Shown here in pieces: positions 9,054 to 20,019 of a DNA stretch of 64,000 bases. Under the pieces are notes generated by a model. It was not told where the DNA came from. It saw only the letters and a list, made by a program, of their open reading frames with translations, and did not search any database. Position 1 is the stretch's first letter. Each line of letters opens with the position of its first letter. This DNA comes from Pirellulales bacterium (lineage in GTDB: Bacteria > Planctomycetota > Planctomycetia > Pirellulales > JAICIG01), in the NCBI GenBank assembly GCA_040901675.1, contig JBBDYJ010000001.1:154231-218230 (forward strand), given 5' to 3'. The translations under genes were made by a program, and so were the position numbers.

Positions 9054-10325
9054 CTACTTTGCCTCCCCGCTTGGCCGACGTTCCCGGTGGGCGGCCAGAC
9101 GCTCCGCCACCCCCGGGATGATGCGGGCGGCATTCTGATGATAGACCTTTGCCAGCACCTCGTCCGGGAGCCCGATCCCGTAGATGTTCCAAAACCCCTG
9201 CGGCGGAAAGGGGTTCTCCGCGTAGGGAAAATACTCGTCGTGCGTCTCCAGGAAACGCCAGTAGGGCAACAGCCTGGCCGCCGGACGCGGGCCGTCGGTG
9301 CCGAACATGATCCGGTCGGCGTACTCGACAAAGAAGCGGCGGGCGGTGTACGGCTGGCGGCCCAGCTCTGAAATCCGCGAGGCGAATTCGACGACCAGGT
9401 TCGGGTACTCGTCGAGCCAGGCCGCCAGCGTCTGAAGGTCTTCGGCGTCGTTGGCCATGTGGGCCCCGATGAACGTGGTGCCCGGGTGCCGGCCGATCAC
9501 GCGGTTGCGGGCCGCGTGCAAGTGTTCTCGCCTGGGCCACTGGTCGCCGAAGAAGCTCCACTCGGGGTGGCGGTTCAGCTCCTCCCAGCGCTCGTTGTGC
9601 TGGTCGATCGGCAGGAAGAAGGCGGCGGGGTCGGCCGTGTGCATGATCACGGGCAGGCCGAGTTTTCCACAGGCCGACCAGATTTCCTCCCAGCGCGGGT
9701 CGTCGATCTCGACGAACGAGCCATCGGGGTTGCGGATCCCCAGGCCGAACTCCTTGAACAGCTTGAGGCCGCTGGCCCCCTCCTCTTTCGCCCGGGCCAG
9801 GCTGGCCGCGACACGGCGGGCGAAGTCGGGGCGATGGCAGTCCCAGGTTGCCGGATCGTCGGGGCGGCCGTCGCCGCGCCAATCGACGTTCGCAAAAATG
9901 ACGAACCTCTGGCGGTGCTTTGTCCACAGGTAGCGGGCGTGCTCGGCAAAGGGCTCGCCCAGCCCGCCGTCGAGGCTGACGCAGACGGCGATGTTCTGCT
10001 GGTCCATCAGCCGCACAAAGGCATCCAGGTCCTGCTGCGAGTGGCGGAAGCGAATCCGCGGGTGCGTGTGGACGTCGACCACCGGGAACCTGGCTCGCGG
10101 CGGCTGGTGCGAGGGCACCTTCAGCATCGGGACCGGGCGGAATTGGTCCAGCGGCAGCGGCGGCCTGGCTCGCTCGGGCGCGGCGGGGCGCGGGACTGCC
10201 GGCTCATGCTGCTCGCCCTTCGAGCCGGTTTGCTCTCCGCGCGTCGCCTCTTGAGCAGCCACTAGCGGCGGCGGCCCTGCCGCGACAATCGCCAGCAGTA
10301 TCGCGTGGCGAAGCGATGCACGCAT
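9054..10325 (-). CDS. Exported amidohydrolase family protein (Amidohydro_2-like)
   Basis: Signal peptide; DVHTH, GLKLFK, MHTADP, IGAHM, IMFGTD motifs. Confidence 0.85.
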   Translation of the reverse strand: MRASLRHAILLAIVAAGPPPLVAAQEATRGEQTGSKGEQHEPAVPRPAAPERARPPLPLDQFRPVPMLKVPSHQPPRARFPVVDVHTHPRIRFRHSQQDLDAFVRLMDQQNIAVCVSLDGGLGEPFAEHARYLWTKHRQRFVIFANVDWRGDGRPDDPATWDCHRPDFARRVAASLARAKEEGASGLKLFKEFGLGIRNPDGSFVEIDDPRWEEIWSACGKLGLPVIMHTADPAAFFLPIDQHNERWEELNRHPEWSFFGDQWPRREHLHAARNRVIGRHPGTTFIGAHMANDAEDLQTLAAWLDEYPNLVVEFASRISELGRQPYTARRFFVEYADRIMFGTDGPRPAARLLPYWRFLETHDEYFPYAENPFPPQGFWNIYGIGLPDEVLAKVYHQNAARIIPGVAERLAAHRERRPSGEAK

Positions 10326-10328
10326 GGC

Positions 10329-10613
10329 TCAAATCCCCATGCGGGACAGGGCATCGATCACGCTCCCCACGGCGCCCGACAGGGTCGGATGCGTCTCCTC
10401 GAAATGTCTGGCAGTCTCGCCCAGGCGGCTGACGAGCGACTCATGCGTCGATCGGCGTTCGTCTGCCTCGGCCTTCTCGTCCAGCACCCGGTCGATGTCG
10501 CGCATGAGGCGCGTCAGCAGCTCGCGGATCTCGGGGTCGACGCTGCCGGCCGCTTCCAACTGCCGGTGCAGCTCGGACAAGGTGCGCTGGAGATCGGGGG
10601 CGTCGTCTGGCAT
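10329..10613 (-). CDS. DUF4404-like small helical protein
   Basis: LSELHRQL...FEETHPTLS...IDALSRMGI pattern. Confidence 0.75.
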   Translation of the reverse strand: MPDDAPDLQRTLSELHRQLEAAGSVDPEIRELLTRLMRDIDRVLDEKAEADERRSTHESLVSRLGETARHFEETHPTLSGAVGSVIDALSRMGI

Positions 10614-10717
10614 CGTGGCTCCGCGGAATTGAGGGTGCTCTAACAGGCCAAAACTCAAGATAAGCAGGCCGCCGCAAGCGAACAAGGGCCTGCACCGCCC
10701 GCTTCATACTGCCCGCT

Positions 10718-12919
<2,202 letters not shown>

Positions 12920-12923
<4 letters not shown>

Positions 12924-13306
12924 GCGCCGCCGGGCTGCTTCAGGGCTTCGCTGAACCGCAGCCGGTTACCGAAAGGATCGATCACCTCCATGCACTTGGC
13001 GTCCCAGGGGGCAATTTCGATGCCGGGGTGCATGTACGGGTAGCCCTTCGACGTGATCTCTTTGTGGTACTCTTCCAGCCCCGTCGAGCGGACGAAGACC
13101 GTGCTGCCCGGGCAACAATCGCCATGGTGTTCCGTCAGGTGAAGCACGAGATTCCCCCGGGAGACCTGCATGTAGACCGGCGCGTTTTCTTCAAAGCGAT
13201 GCTCCCAATCGACCGCGAAGCCGAGAAAGCCGACATAAAACTCCTTGGCCTTCTGGACGCAGAAAATCCGCAGGATCGGGATCGCCTGAAAACCGTGCTC
13301 GCTCAT
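12920..13306 (-). CDS. VOC/glyoxalase/bleomycin-resistance superfamily protein
   Basis: KAKEFYVGFLGFAVDWEHRF, LHLTEHHGD, VIDPFGNRLRF; AGGAGG RBS. Confidence 0.9.
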
Positions 13307-13367
13307 GATGGCCTCCTTTCGATAAGATAACTGCTCGACCTGGCAAGCAGAAGGGAAGGCGAAGGAA

Positions 13368-15485
13368 ATGGGAACGACGTGGCTCCCGCGGCCGCCTTAT
13401 CCGGCGATTACCTTGATCCTCGCCTTCCTCTGCGTGAGCGGCCCCGCCTGGGGACAGCAGTTTGAATGGCAAGAGGCGACGCCGGAAAGCCAGGGCATCT
13501 CCTCCGAGAAGCTGGATCTGCTCAAGGACAGCCTGGCATCCCGAAACACCAAGGCCCTTCTGGTGATCCGCAACGACCAGATCGTTTACGAGTGGTACGC
13601 CGAGGGCCACGGCGCGGAGAAGACGCATTACACCGCGTCGATGGCTAAGGCCGTCGTCGGCGGACTCTCGCTCGGCGTCGCCATGACCGACGGCCGGATC
13701 GCGCTCGATGACAAGGCGGCCAAGTACATTCCCCAGTGGCAGCGTGACGCGCGCAAGTCGAAGATCGCCGTTCGCCAGCTCGGCTCACACACGTCGGGGC
13801 TGGACGACGCCGAGGCGGACGGCTTGCCGCACGACAAGCTGACCGGCTGGAAAGGCGACTTCTGGAAACGGCTCGATGCGCCGAACGATCCCTTTACCAT
13901 CTCGCGCGACAAGACGCCGACGCTCTTCGACGCCGGCGAGAAGTTCCAGTACAGCAACCCCGGCATCGCCATGCTGACCTACGCGGTCACCGCCGCGCTC
14001 GCCGACGCGCCGCAAAAGGACATCCGCACGCTTCTGCGGGATCGCGTGATGCGGCCTATCGGCGTGCCGGACAAGGAATGGTCGGTGGGCTACGGCAAGA
14101 CGTACACGGTAGACGGCTTGCCGCTGGTCGGTTCCTGGGGCGGAGGCGGCTACACGGCCCGGGCGGTGGCTCGCGTCGGCCGGCTCATGCTGCGCGAGGG
14201 CGACTGGGACGGCACACGACTCCTCAGCACGCAGGCCGTCCGCCAAATCACCACTGACGCCGGGATGCCCGGCCACTGCGGCATGGGCTGGTGGTGCGGC
14301 GACGACGCCAAGTACCCCAAGCTGCCTCAAGATGCGTTCTGGGGCTGGGGAGCCGGCGATCAGGTGGTGCTCGTCGTCCCCAGCCTGAACCTCATCGCCG
14401 TGCGCAACGGAGGCCTGCTCAGCGCCGAGGAAGAAAACGCCGCCGCGCTGAACGCCCATCTGTTCGAGCCACTGCTGGAAACCATCACCGCCGGGGCCTC
14501 CACGACGCAGGGCATCGCTCCGTATCCACCCAGCAGGGTCATCGCCCGCATCGATTGGGAAGACAACGCCACGATCGTCCGACAAGCCAAAGGCAGCGAT
14601 AACTGGCCGCTCACCTGGGCGGACGATGACCACCTCTACATGGCCTACGGCGACGGGAACGGTTTCGAGCCCCACATCAGGGAGAAGCTGAGCCTGGGCT
14701 TCGCTCGAGTCGAGGGGGGACCCACCAGGTTCACCGGGACCAACATCCGCTCGGCCACGCTGGAGCAAAAAGGGGACGGCAAGTCCGGCAAGAAAGCCAG
14801 CGGCCTCGTCATGGTGGACGGCGTTCTGTACCTCTGGGCCCGCAACGCCGGCAACGCCCAACTGGCGTGGTCGGACGACCGCGGCAATACCTGGACCTGG
14901 AGCGACTGGAAGTTCACGACCGGCTTCGGCTGCCCGACGTTCCTCAACTTCGGCAAGAATTACGCCGGCGCCCGGGACGCCTTCGTCTACATCTACTCCC
15001 ACGACCACGACAGCGCCTACGAGCCCGCCGACCGGATGGTGCTGGCCCGCGTGCCGAAAGGTCAGCTCAAGGAGCGCGACGCTTACGAGTTTTTGAAGGT
15101 CCTCGATGGGCAGGGCGAGCCGATCTGGACCAAGGATATCGCCGAGCGCGGGGCCGTGTTCACGCACCCTCGGCGGTGCTACCGCTCCGGCATCAGCTAC
15201 AACGCGAGCCTGCAGCGATACCTGTGGGCGCAGATCATCCCCGACCTGCACGGCCAAAAGGCAGACACGCGATTCGAAGGCGGGTTCGGCATCTACGACG
15301 CGCCCGAGCCTTGGGGGCCTTGGACCACGGTGTTCTACAGCGAAGCTTGGGACGTCGGCCCCGGAGAGACGGGCAGCTTTCCGACCAAGTGGATGAGCCC
15401 CGACGGCAAGACCCTCTATCTCGTGTTCTCCGGCGACGATGCCTTCTCAGTGCGCAAAGCAGTGCTCGCGCCGTCCGGGAAGTGA
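13368..15485 (+). CDS. Exported beta-lactamase-like serine hydrolase fused to a C-terminal DUF4185-like domain
   Basis: Signal peptide; SMAK (SxxK), HTSGL, FQYSN, WGAGDQ; C-terminal domain GSDNWPLTWADDD...DAPEPWGPW...FPTKWMS. Confidence 0.8.
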   Translation: MGTTWLPRPPYPAITLILAFLCVSGPAWGQQFEWQEATPESQGISSEKLDLLKDSLASRNTKALLVIRNDQIVYEWYAEGHGAEKTHYTASMAKAVVGGLSLGVAMTDGRIALDDKAAKYIPQWQRDARKSKIAVRQLGSHTSGLDDAEADGLPHDKLTGWKGDFWKRLDAPNDPFTISRDKTPTLFDAGEKFQYSNPGIAMLTYAVTAALADAPQKDIRTLLRDRVMRPIGVPDKEWSVGYGKTYTVDGLPLVGSWGGGGYTARAVARVGRLMLREGDWDGTRLLSTQAVRQITTDAGMPGHCGMGWWCGDDAKYPKLPQDAFWGWGAGDQVVLVVPSLNLIAVRNGGLLSAEEENAAALNAHLFEPLLETITAGASTTQGIAPYPPSRVIARIDWEDNATIVRQAKGSDNWPLTWADDDHLYMAYGDGNGFEPHIREKLSLGFARVEGGPTRFTGTNIRSATLEQKGDGKSGKKASGLVMVDGVLYLWARNAGNAQLAWSDDRGNTWTWSDWKFTTGFGCPTFLNFGKNYAGARDAFVYIYSHDHDSAYEPADRMVLARVPKGQLKERDAYEFLKVLDGQGEPIWTKDIAERGAVFTHPRRCYRSGISYNASLQRYLWAQIIPDLHGQKADTRFEGGFGIYDAPEPWGPWTTVFYSEAWDVGPGETGSFPTKWMSPDGKTLYLVFSGDDAFSVRKAVLAPSGK

Positions 15486-15506
15486 GGGAAGTGAGGGAAG
15501 GGAGGG
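15478..15506. repeat. 9-mer tandem repeat (GGAAGTGAG) x3, degenerate
   Basis: ggaagtgagggaagtgagggaagggaggg. Confidence 0.7.
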
Positions 15507-15603
15507 TTTCGCCTTTGACAACGGCAAATACTACAATGCACCTCGGCGCCGAGAACGATGGCATGCTGCATGTCATGTCGACTCAGACCTCGGGAGACCG
15601 ACC

Positions 15604-17037
15604 ATGAAAACGCGGCTGTCACTCTTGCTCTTTGTCACTTGGGCGGTCCTGGCGGCGCCGGCTCGGGCGGAGAACTACGCTCCCCGTATCGCCGAGCGCC
15701 ATGGGGATTTCACGCTGCCGGCGATCAGCGACGGCAAGCCCGTCTCGCTCACGCAGTTTCACGGGAAGAAGGTGCTGCTGATCCAGTTTGCAAGCTGGTG
15801 AGCCGGCTGCCGGCAGCATGTGCCGGTCTGGCACAACGCGACCCGGAAGTGGGTTGAAGACGGACGGCTCGTCGTGCTCGGCATTGTGCAGGAGCAGCAT
15901 CCCGACCGCTGCCAACTATTCGCCCAGTGGCACAAGCTCGACTGGCCCATCCTGTGGGATCCCATCAATGTCCTGGAGTCGGCCGCCGTCCCGATCGTCG
16001 TGGCGATCGACGAGCACGGGATTGTCCGTGCCGTCAGTCCACGGCCGGAGAGCTTCGAGCGGGATTTCTTGAATCGGCAATTCGACGACGATCCGCCGAA
16101 CCGTGCGGCGGGCGCGAAACGGCCCGGCAGAAAAACAATCGGCGCGTCGCGCCTCGACGTGATCGAACTGCGTCGGCAGGCGGACGTCGAAGCATCGGCC
16201 GCGTCCTGGCGGCGACTGGGCGACGCGCTCATTCTTTGGCACGGCGCTGGCCGGGTCGATGACGCGATTGATGCTTACCGGCGTGCCCTGCTCGTTGACC
16301 CGCGCGATGGCAACACGTTGTTCCGGCTCGGCGTCAGCCACCGCGTGCGTTCGGAATCCGACCAAAGCCACGCCGCCGACTTCCAGGCCGCGATCGAATT
16401 CTGGGAGCAGGCGCTGGCCACCAATCCGAACCAGTACATCTGGCGGCGCCGCATCCAGCAGTTTGGTCCGCGGCTGGAAAAACCGTACCCGTTCTACGAT
16501 TGGGTGGACGAGGCCCGCCGAGCGATCGTCGAGCGCGGCGAGACGCCGATCGAGCTGGCGGTTCCGCCGGTCGGCGCGGAACTCGCGCAGCCAGCCCGCT
16601 CGTTCGCAGCCGCGACCGACCAAGCCGGGTCGCCCGACCCCGACGGCAAGATCATCCGTGACCGAGACGGCTTGATCGAGGCTGAAGTGACGCTGGTCCC
16701 GTCGCAACTTCGGCCGGGCGGCACGGCGCGCGTCCACGTGGCGTTCCGCCCCAACGCCGCCCTTCAGGCGCATTGGAACAATGAGAGCGAGCCCTTGCGG
16801 CTGTGGGTCGACGTGCCGCCCGGCTGGCAAGTTTCCGAGCGGCTGCTCTCGACCTCACCGGTTGATCGGCCGGTCAGCGATGAAGTCCGTCGCCTCGACT
16901 TCGAGTTGCAAGTTCCCGCCGATGCCGGCGAGGGGGACGCGGTCTCCGCTTACGCCCTCTACTACGTCTGCGAGGGCTCCAATGGCACTTGCCAGTTCCT
17001 GCGGAAAGACTTCACCGTCAAGGTCTCCGGCAATTGA
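15604..17037 (+). CDS. Predicted exported selenoprotein: redoxin (TlpA/AhpC-TSA-like, UxxC) + TPR + DsbD-N-like domain; TGA at 15799-15801 read as Sec
   Basis: ORFs 15439-15801 and 15820-17037 share a frame; junction reads DFTLP...VSLTQFHGKKVLLIQFASW-TGA-AGCRQHVPVW; hairpin downstream; GGGAG RBS before ATG 15604. Confidence 0.85.
15802..15835 (+). promoter_or_regulatory. Putative bacterial SECIS element
   Basis: Stem TGTGCC(15819-24)/GGCACA(15830-35) with GGTCT loop starting 24 nt after the TGA. Confidence 0.6.
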
Positions 17038-17083
17038 ATGAACCAATGGCGAATAAAACGGGTGGGGCCGCAATGGCAGTGAG

Positions 17084-17156
<73 letters not shown>

Positions 17157-17561
17157 GAAGTACCGATATCTTAACAGGTTTAGCCCTTCCCTCCAGATAC
17201 CCGACAGGGGCCCCACGGCGGCGTTCGAGCGCCATTGTCCGCACGTTAAACGGCCATGGCGCCGATCTGCTCAGCTTGAAAGCTGTAATCGGCGGAGGGA
17301 TAGGGACAAAACGGCCTTGGGCCGGCCAGCCGCCGATTGGCCCTTCGCCGGGCTGGATCCGCTCCGATCACCTCGAGCGTGAGCGGTGCCGGCCGCGGGT
17401 ACGCCATCCGTCGTAGCTCGTCCGGTCGATGCGGCAGCCATCACGGAACTTTTCAGCCGAGGGCGGTGTTCAATGCTTGCCTCTCGAAGCTCCAGCGAGG
17501 AAGCTCGCAACCGCTGGCGGCTCTGGGCGGCACGCACCGGAATCAGAGAAACTGCACCGTA

Positions 17562-17594
17562 AGTTATGCACGCACCAATGCTTAATGCATAACT
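17562..17594. promoter_or_regulatory. Perfect 9-bp inverted repeat, putative operator
   Basis: AGTTATGCA-15 nt-TGCATAACT ending 25 nt before the RHH-like gene start. Confidence 0.55.
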
Positions 17595-17619
17595 GACCTC
17601 GCCTGCCCAGTTGGTGCAA

Positions 17620-18162
17620 ATGGCCAAGAAGCGCCCGGGTACCTTTCGAACCACCATTTCAGTCCCTCGAGACCTGAAGCGCCGGATGGACGAGTCCGGC
17701 GAGGACATCAACTGGTCCGCGCTGGCGTGCAAGGCGTTTCAGGAAAAGCTGGCCGAGATTGCGGCCAGGAAAGAGAGCAAGAACCCAGACGACGTCATTG
17801 AGCGGCTGCGGGCGTCGAAGGAACGCTCGGACAGCGGCGCCTACAGGGAAGGCTTCGCGGCCGGGCAGGCGTGGGCCAGCAACACGGCCGAAGCCATCGA
17901 GCTGGAACGAGTCGACAAGCTGCACCAACGTCTCAGCGAGGCGGACTGGAAATGGTGGTTCGCGAGCGACGACAACAACACCTACTCACCGGCCGAGTTG
18001 TTCGTGTTTATCGTCAGGCCCGAAAACGAGCAGGATCGCGCCTATGCCGAGTCCTTCTGGCGCGAGCTCGGCAGAGACTACCTTCAGATCGAAGACGAAT
18101 GGATGCGCGGCTTCGCCGAGGGGGCCCTCGAGGTGTGGAAAGAGGTGAAGTCGAAGCTGTAG
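17620..18162 (+). CDS. Hypothetical protein with N-terminal ribbon-helix-helix-like DNA-binding motif
   Basis: RTTISVPRDLKRRMD...INWSALACKAFQEKL resembles CopG/antitoxin RHH; acidic, Trp-rich C-terminal part. Confidence 0.65.
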   Translation: MAKKRPGTFRTTISVPRDLKRRMDESGEDINWSALACKAFQEKLAEIAARKESKNPDDVIERLRASKERSDSGAYREGFAAGQAWASNTAEAIELERVDKLHQRLSEADWKWWFASDDNNTYSPAELFVFIVRPENEQDRAYAESFWRELGRDYLQIEDEWMRGFAEGALEVWKEVKSKL

Positions 18163-18177
18163 CGGCCCGCTACCCGC

Positions 18178-19854
18178 TCAGCGGGCAGTCTCGGCGATCA
18201 CGCGGTAGATCCGCAGTGCCTCGCGATATTCGTCCAAGGCGGCCTTGGGCAGCACGCCGGTGCTGCGGGCGATCTGGCTCTCGACACGCTGGATCAGGAA
18301 CTCCACTTCCTCGCGGCGAGGCCGCAAGGGCTTGCCGGCCACGTCGATGTGAACGGGGCCGCTGTGGGCGAAGCGGACCCGCCGGTCCGGCCGGTTTTCA
18401 AAGCAGCGGACCGCGATCCATGAGGAGCCGTCGACCGCCAGCTTCTCATCAATGCGGCTCTCGAAGGCGTCCTGCTCTGTCTTGCGGTTTTCCGGAACCA
18501 CGGTACGCACCACCTCGCCGTTGACAACGATCTCGATCGCCCGCAGAGGCTGGGCGCTGGAGGCCGAACCGCGAACGTGGTACTCGCGGGCGGCCGGCCC
18601 GTCTTCCTTGAACGTGTGGCCGGGCTCGCGGCCGCCGACGCGGACGAACAGCATCGGTCCCGTGGTCACGAAGCTCCGCCCGGCATTGAGCCCCGCGAGC
18701 CAGGCCTCGTACGAAAAACCGTCGGGAAGGTGGACATAAACTCGCCCGAACCCCAAGGGCACCGGGTGGACGCCCGAGGCGGTGCCGGCCGTGGGCCGCA
18801 ACCGGAAGCCGCAATTGAGCAGCGTGTAGTAGTTCTGGAAACCGTACTCGATCCAACCTCGCTCGGTGAATCCGCGATCGTCCAGCTCGACGCGCATGAA
18901 CTCGGGGGCCGGCTCGCCGAACTCTCCAAAGCCGAACTCGGTCCGCCAGACGTGGTTGTTCGCCAGCTCGTACAGGTCGACCGGCATGATCGGCACCAGG
19001 GCCATCGACCAGGGCCAGTTGTGCTTGTCGAGCTCGATCAGCCCTCCCTCGCCGTGTGCCTTGTCGGCGATTGGCCGCACCGGCGGGACGCCTTCGTCGA
19101 ACAAGGTCTGGTGGTTCAGCACGAAAAACGCACCCAGTGTGTGCCGCTCGTCGCCGACGCTGAAGATCTCGTACTCGGTGTTGCGGGGGTAGATCACGTG
19201 CGTGGCATCCACAGCGATCAACTTCGGCTCGATATCGCCCGCGGCGCTCCGCTCGGCCGTCCGGGGCGAGGCGAAGGCCTCGGTCACCCAGTAGAGCAAG
19301 GGGAAGGCAACGTTGAGCTCCTCGGCGAGCATCAGGGTGGGCAGCTCGTCGAGTGTGCCGTGGACGTGTGTTTCGCCGGAGTACCAACCCAGTTGTTCGA
19401 GGTTGATCCAGCGCCGCAGCTCGATCGACAGATCAACCGGTTCCGCACCGACAGTGAACGGGCGCGACTCGGCGTGGTATTCCTTGCCGCGCTCGACCGT
19501 TAACGTGTAACGGCCGGGCGGCAGGTCGATGACGAATGGGTGGGCCGAGAGCGTGGTGTGCATCTCGGCGATGCCGTCGGGCCGCTGCTTGCGATACGCG
19601 ACCGCCGAGCCGGCCGGGTCGGCCGAGCGGGGAAAGTGCCATGTGCCGTCTTGCCCTTGAATATAGACCCGTGCCGCGACCCTCTTCCCGGTGGCCGCAT
19701 CCAGCACCTCGCCCCGCACGCTGACCGCCGGTGGCTCGAGCTCGCCGGCCGAGACCCGCCCGGCTACTCCCCAGCGGCCATCGCCCGCAGCAGCCCACAA
19801 TCCGGCGGCTGTTAGAACAGCCAATCCGGCCCAACCGCGCCTTGGAGCTTTCAT
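18178..19854 (-). CDS. Exported CehA/McbA-like (PHP-type) metallohydrolase
   Basis: Signal peptide; VERGKEY, GWYSGETHVH, YYTLLNCGFRL, GFGRVYV, GRSFVTTGP. Confidence 0.75.
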   Translation of the reverse strand: MKAPRRGWAGLAVLTAAGLWAAAGDGRWGVAGRVSAGELEPPAVSVRGEVLDAATGKRVAARVYIQGQDGTWHFPRSADPAGSAVAYRKQRPDGIAEMHTTLSAHPFVIDLPPGRYTLTVERGKEYHAESRPFTVGAEPVDLSIELRRWINLEQLGWYSGETHVHGTLDELPTLMLAEELNVAFPLLYWVTEAFASPRTAERSAAGDIEPKLIAVDATHVIYPRNTEYEIFSVGDERHTLGAFFVLNHQTLFDEGVPPVRPIADKAHGEGGLIELDKHNWPWSMALVPIMPVDLYELANNHVWRTEFGFGEFGEPAPEFMRVELDDRGFTERGWIEYGFQNYYTLLNCGFRLRPTAGTASGVHPVPLGFGRVYVHLPDGFSYEAWLAGLNAGRSFVTTGPMLFVRVGGREPGHTFKEDGPAAREYHVRGSASSAQPLRAIEIVVNGEVVRTVVPENRKTEQDAFESRIDEKLAVDGSSWIAVRCFENRPDRRVRFAHSGPVHIDVAGKPLRPRREEVEFLIQRVESQIARSTGVLPKAALDEYREALRIYRVIAETAR

Positions 19855-19943
19855 CGCGTTGTTCTCCCATGCTCGCCACCCGCTGCTCGCGGCCAGTGGG
19901 CGCGTACGATAATTTTCCCTCGTGCAAATCGCCTGTGCCTATC

Positions 19944-19972
19944 TGGACAAATGTTCCCCTATGCGATAAGAT
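19944..19972 (+). promoter_or_regulatory. Putative sigma70 promoter of the methyltransferase
   Basis: TGGACA-17 nt-TAAGAT. Confidence 0.5.
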
Positions 19973-20019
19973 TTCGGTTCTTAAGCTCTCAAGTCCACGT
20001 GCCGGTGCGAGAGTCTCGA

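Noticed and set aside
15515..15537. TTGACA...TACAAT promoter upstream of the selenoprotein gene
   Set aside because: The spacer is only 11 nt, so the pair is not a valid sigma70 promoter; the -10 alone may be real.
15439..15801. Separate 120-aa ORF plus separate 405-aa ORF, or a pseudogene
   Set aside because: The stop falls exactly on the redox-motif Cys position, both halves are in frame and intact, and a hairpin follows; Sec recoding is more parsimonious.
17271..17732. ORFs between tRNA-Lys and the RHH-like gene
   Set aside because: No motifs or RBS; they overlap the likely promoter and the better-supported plus-strand gene.
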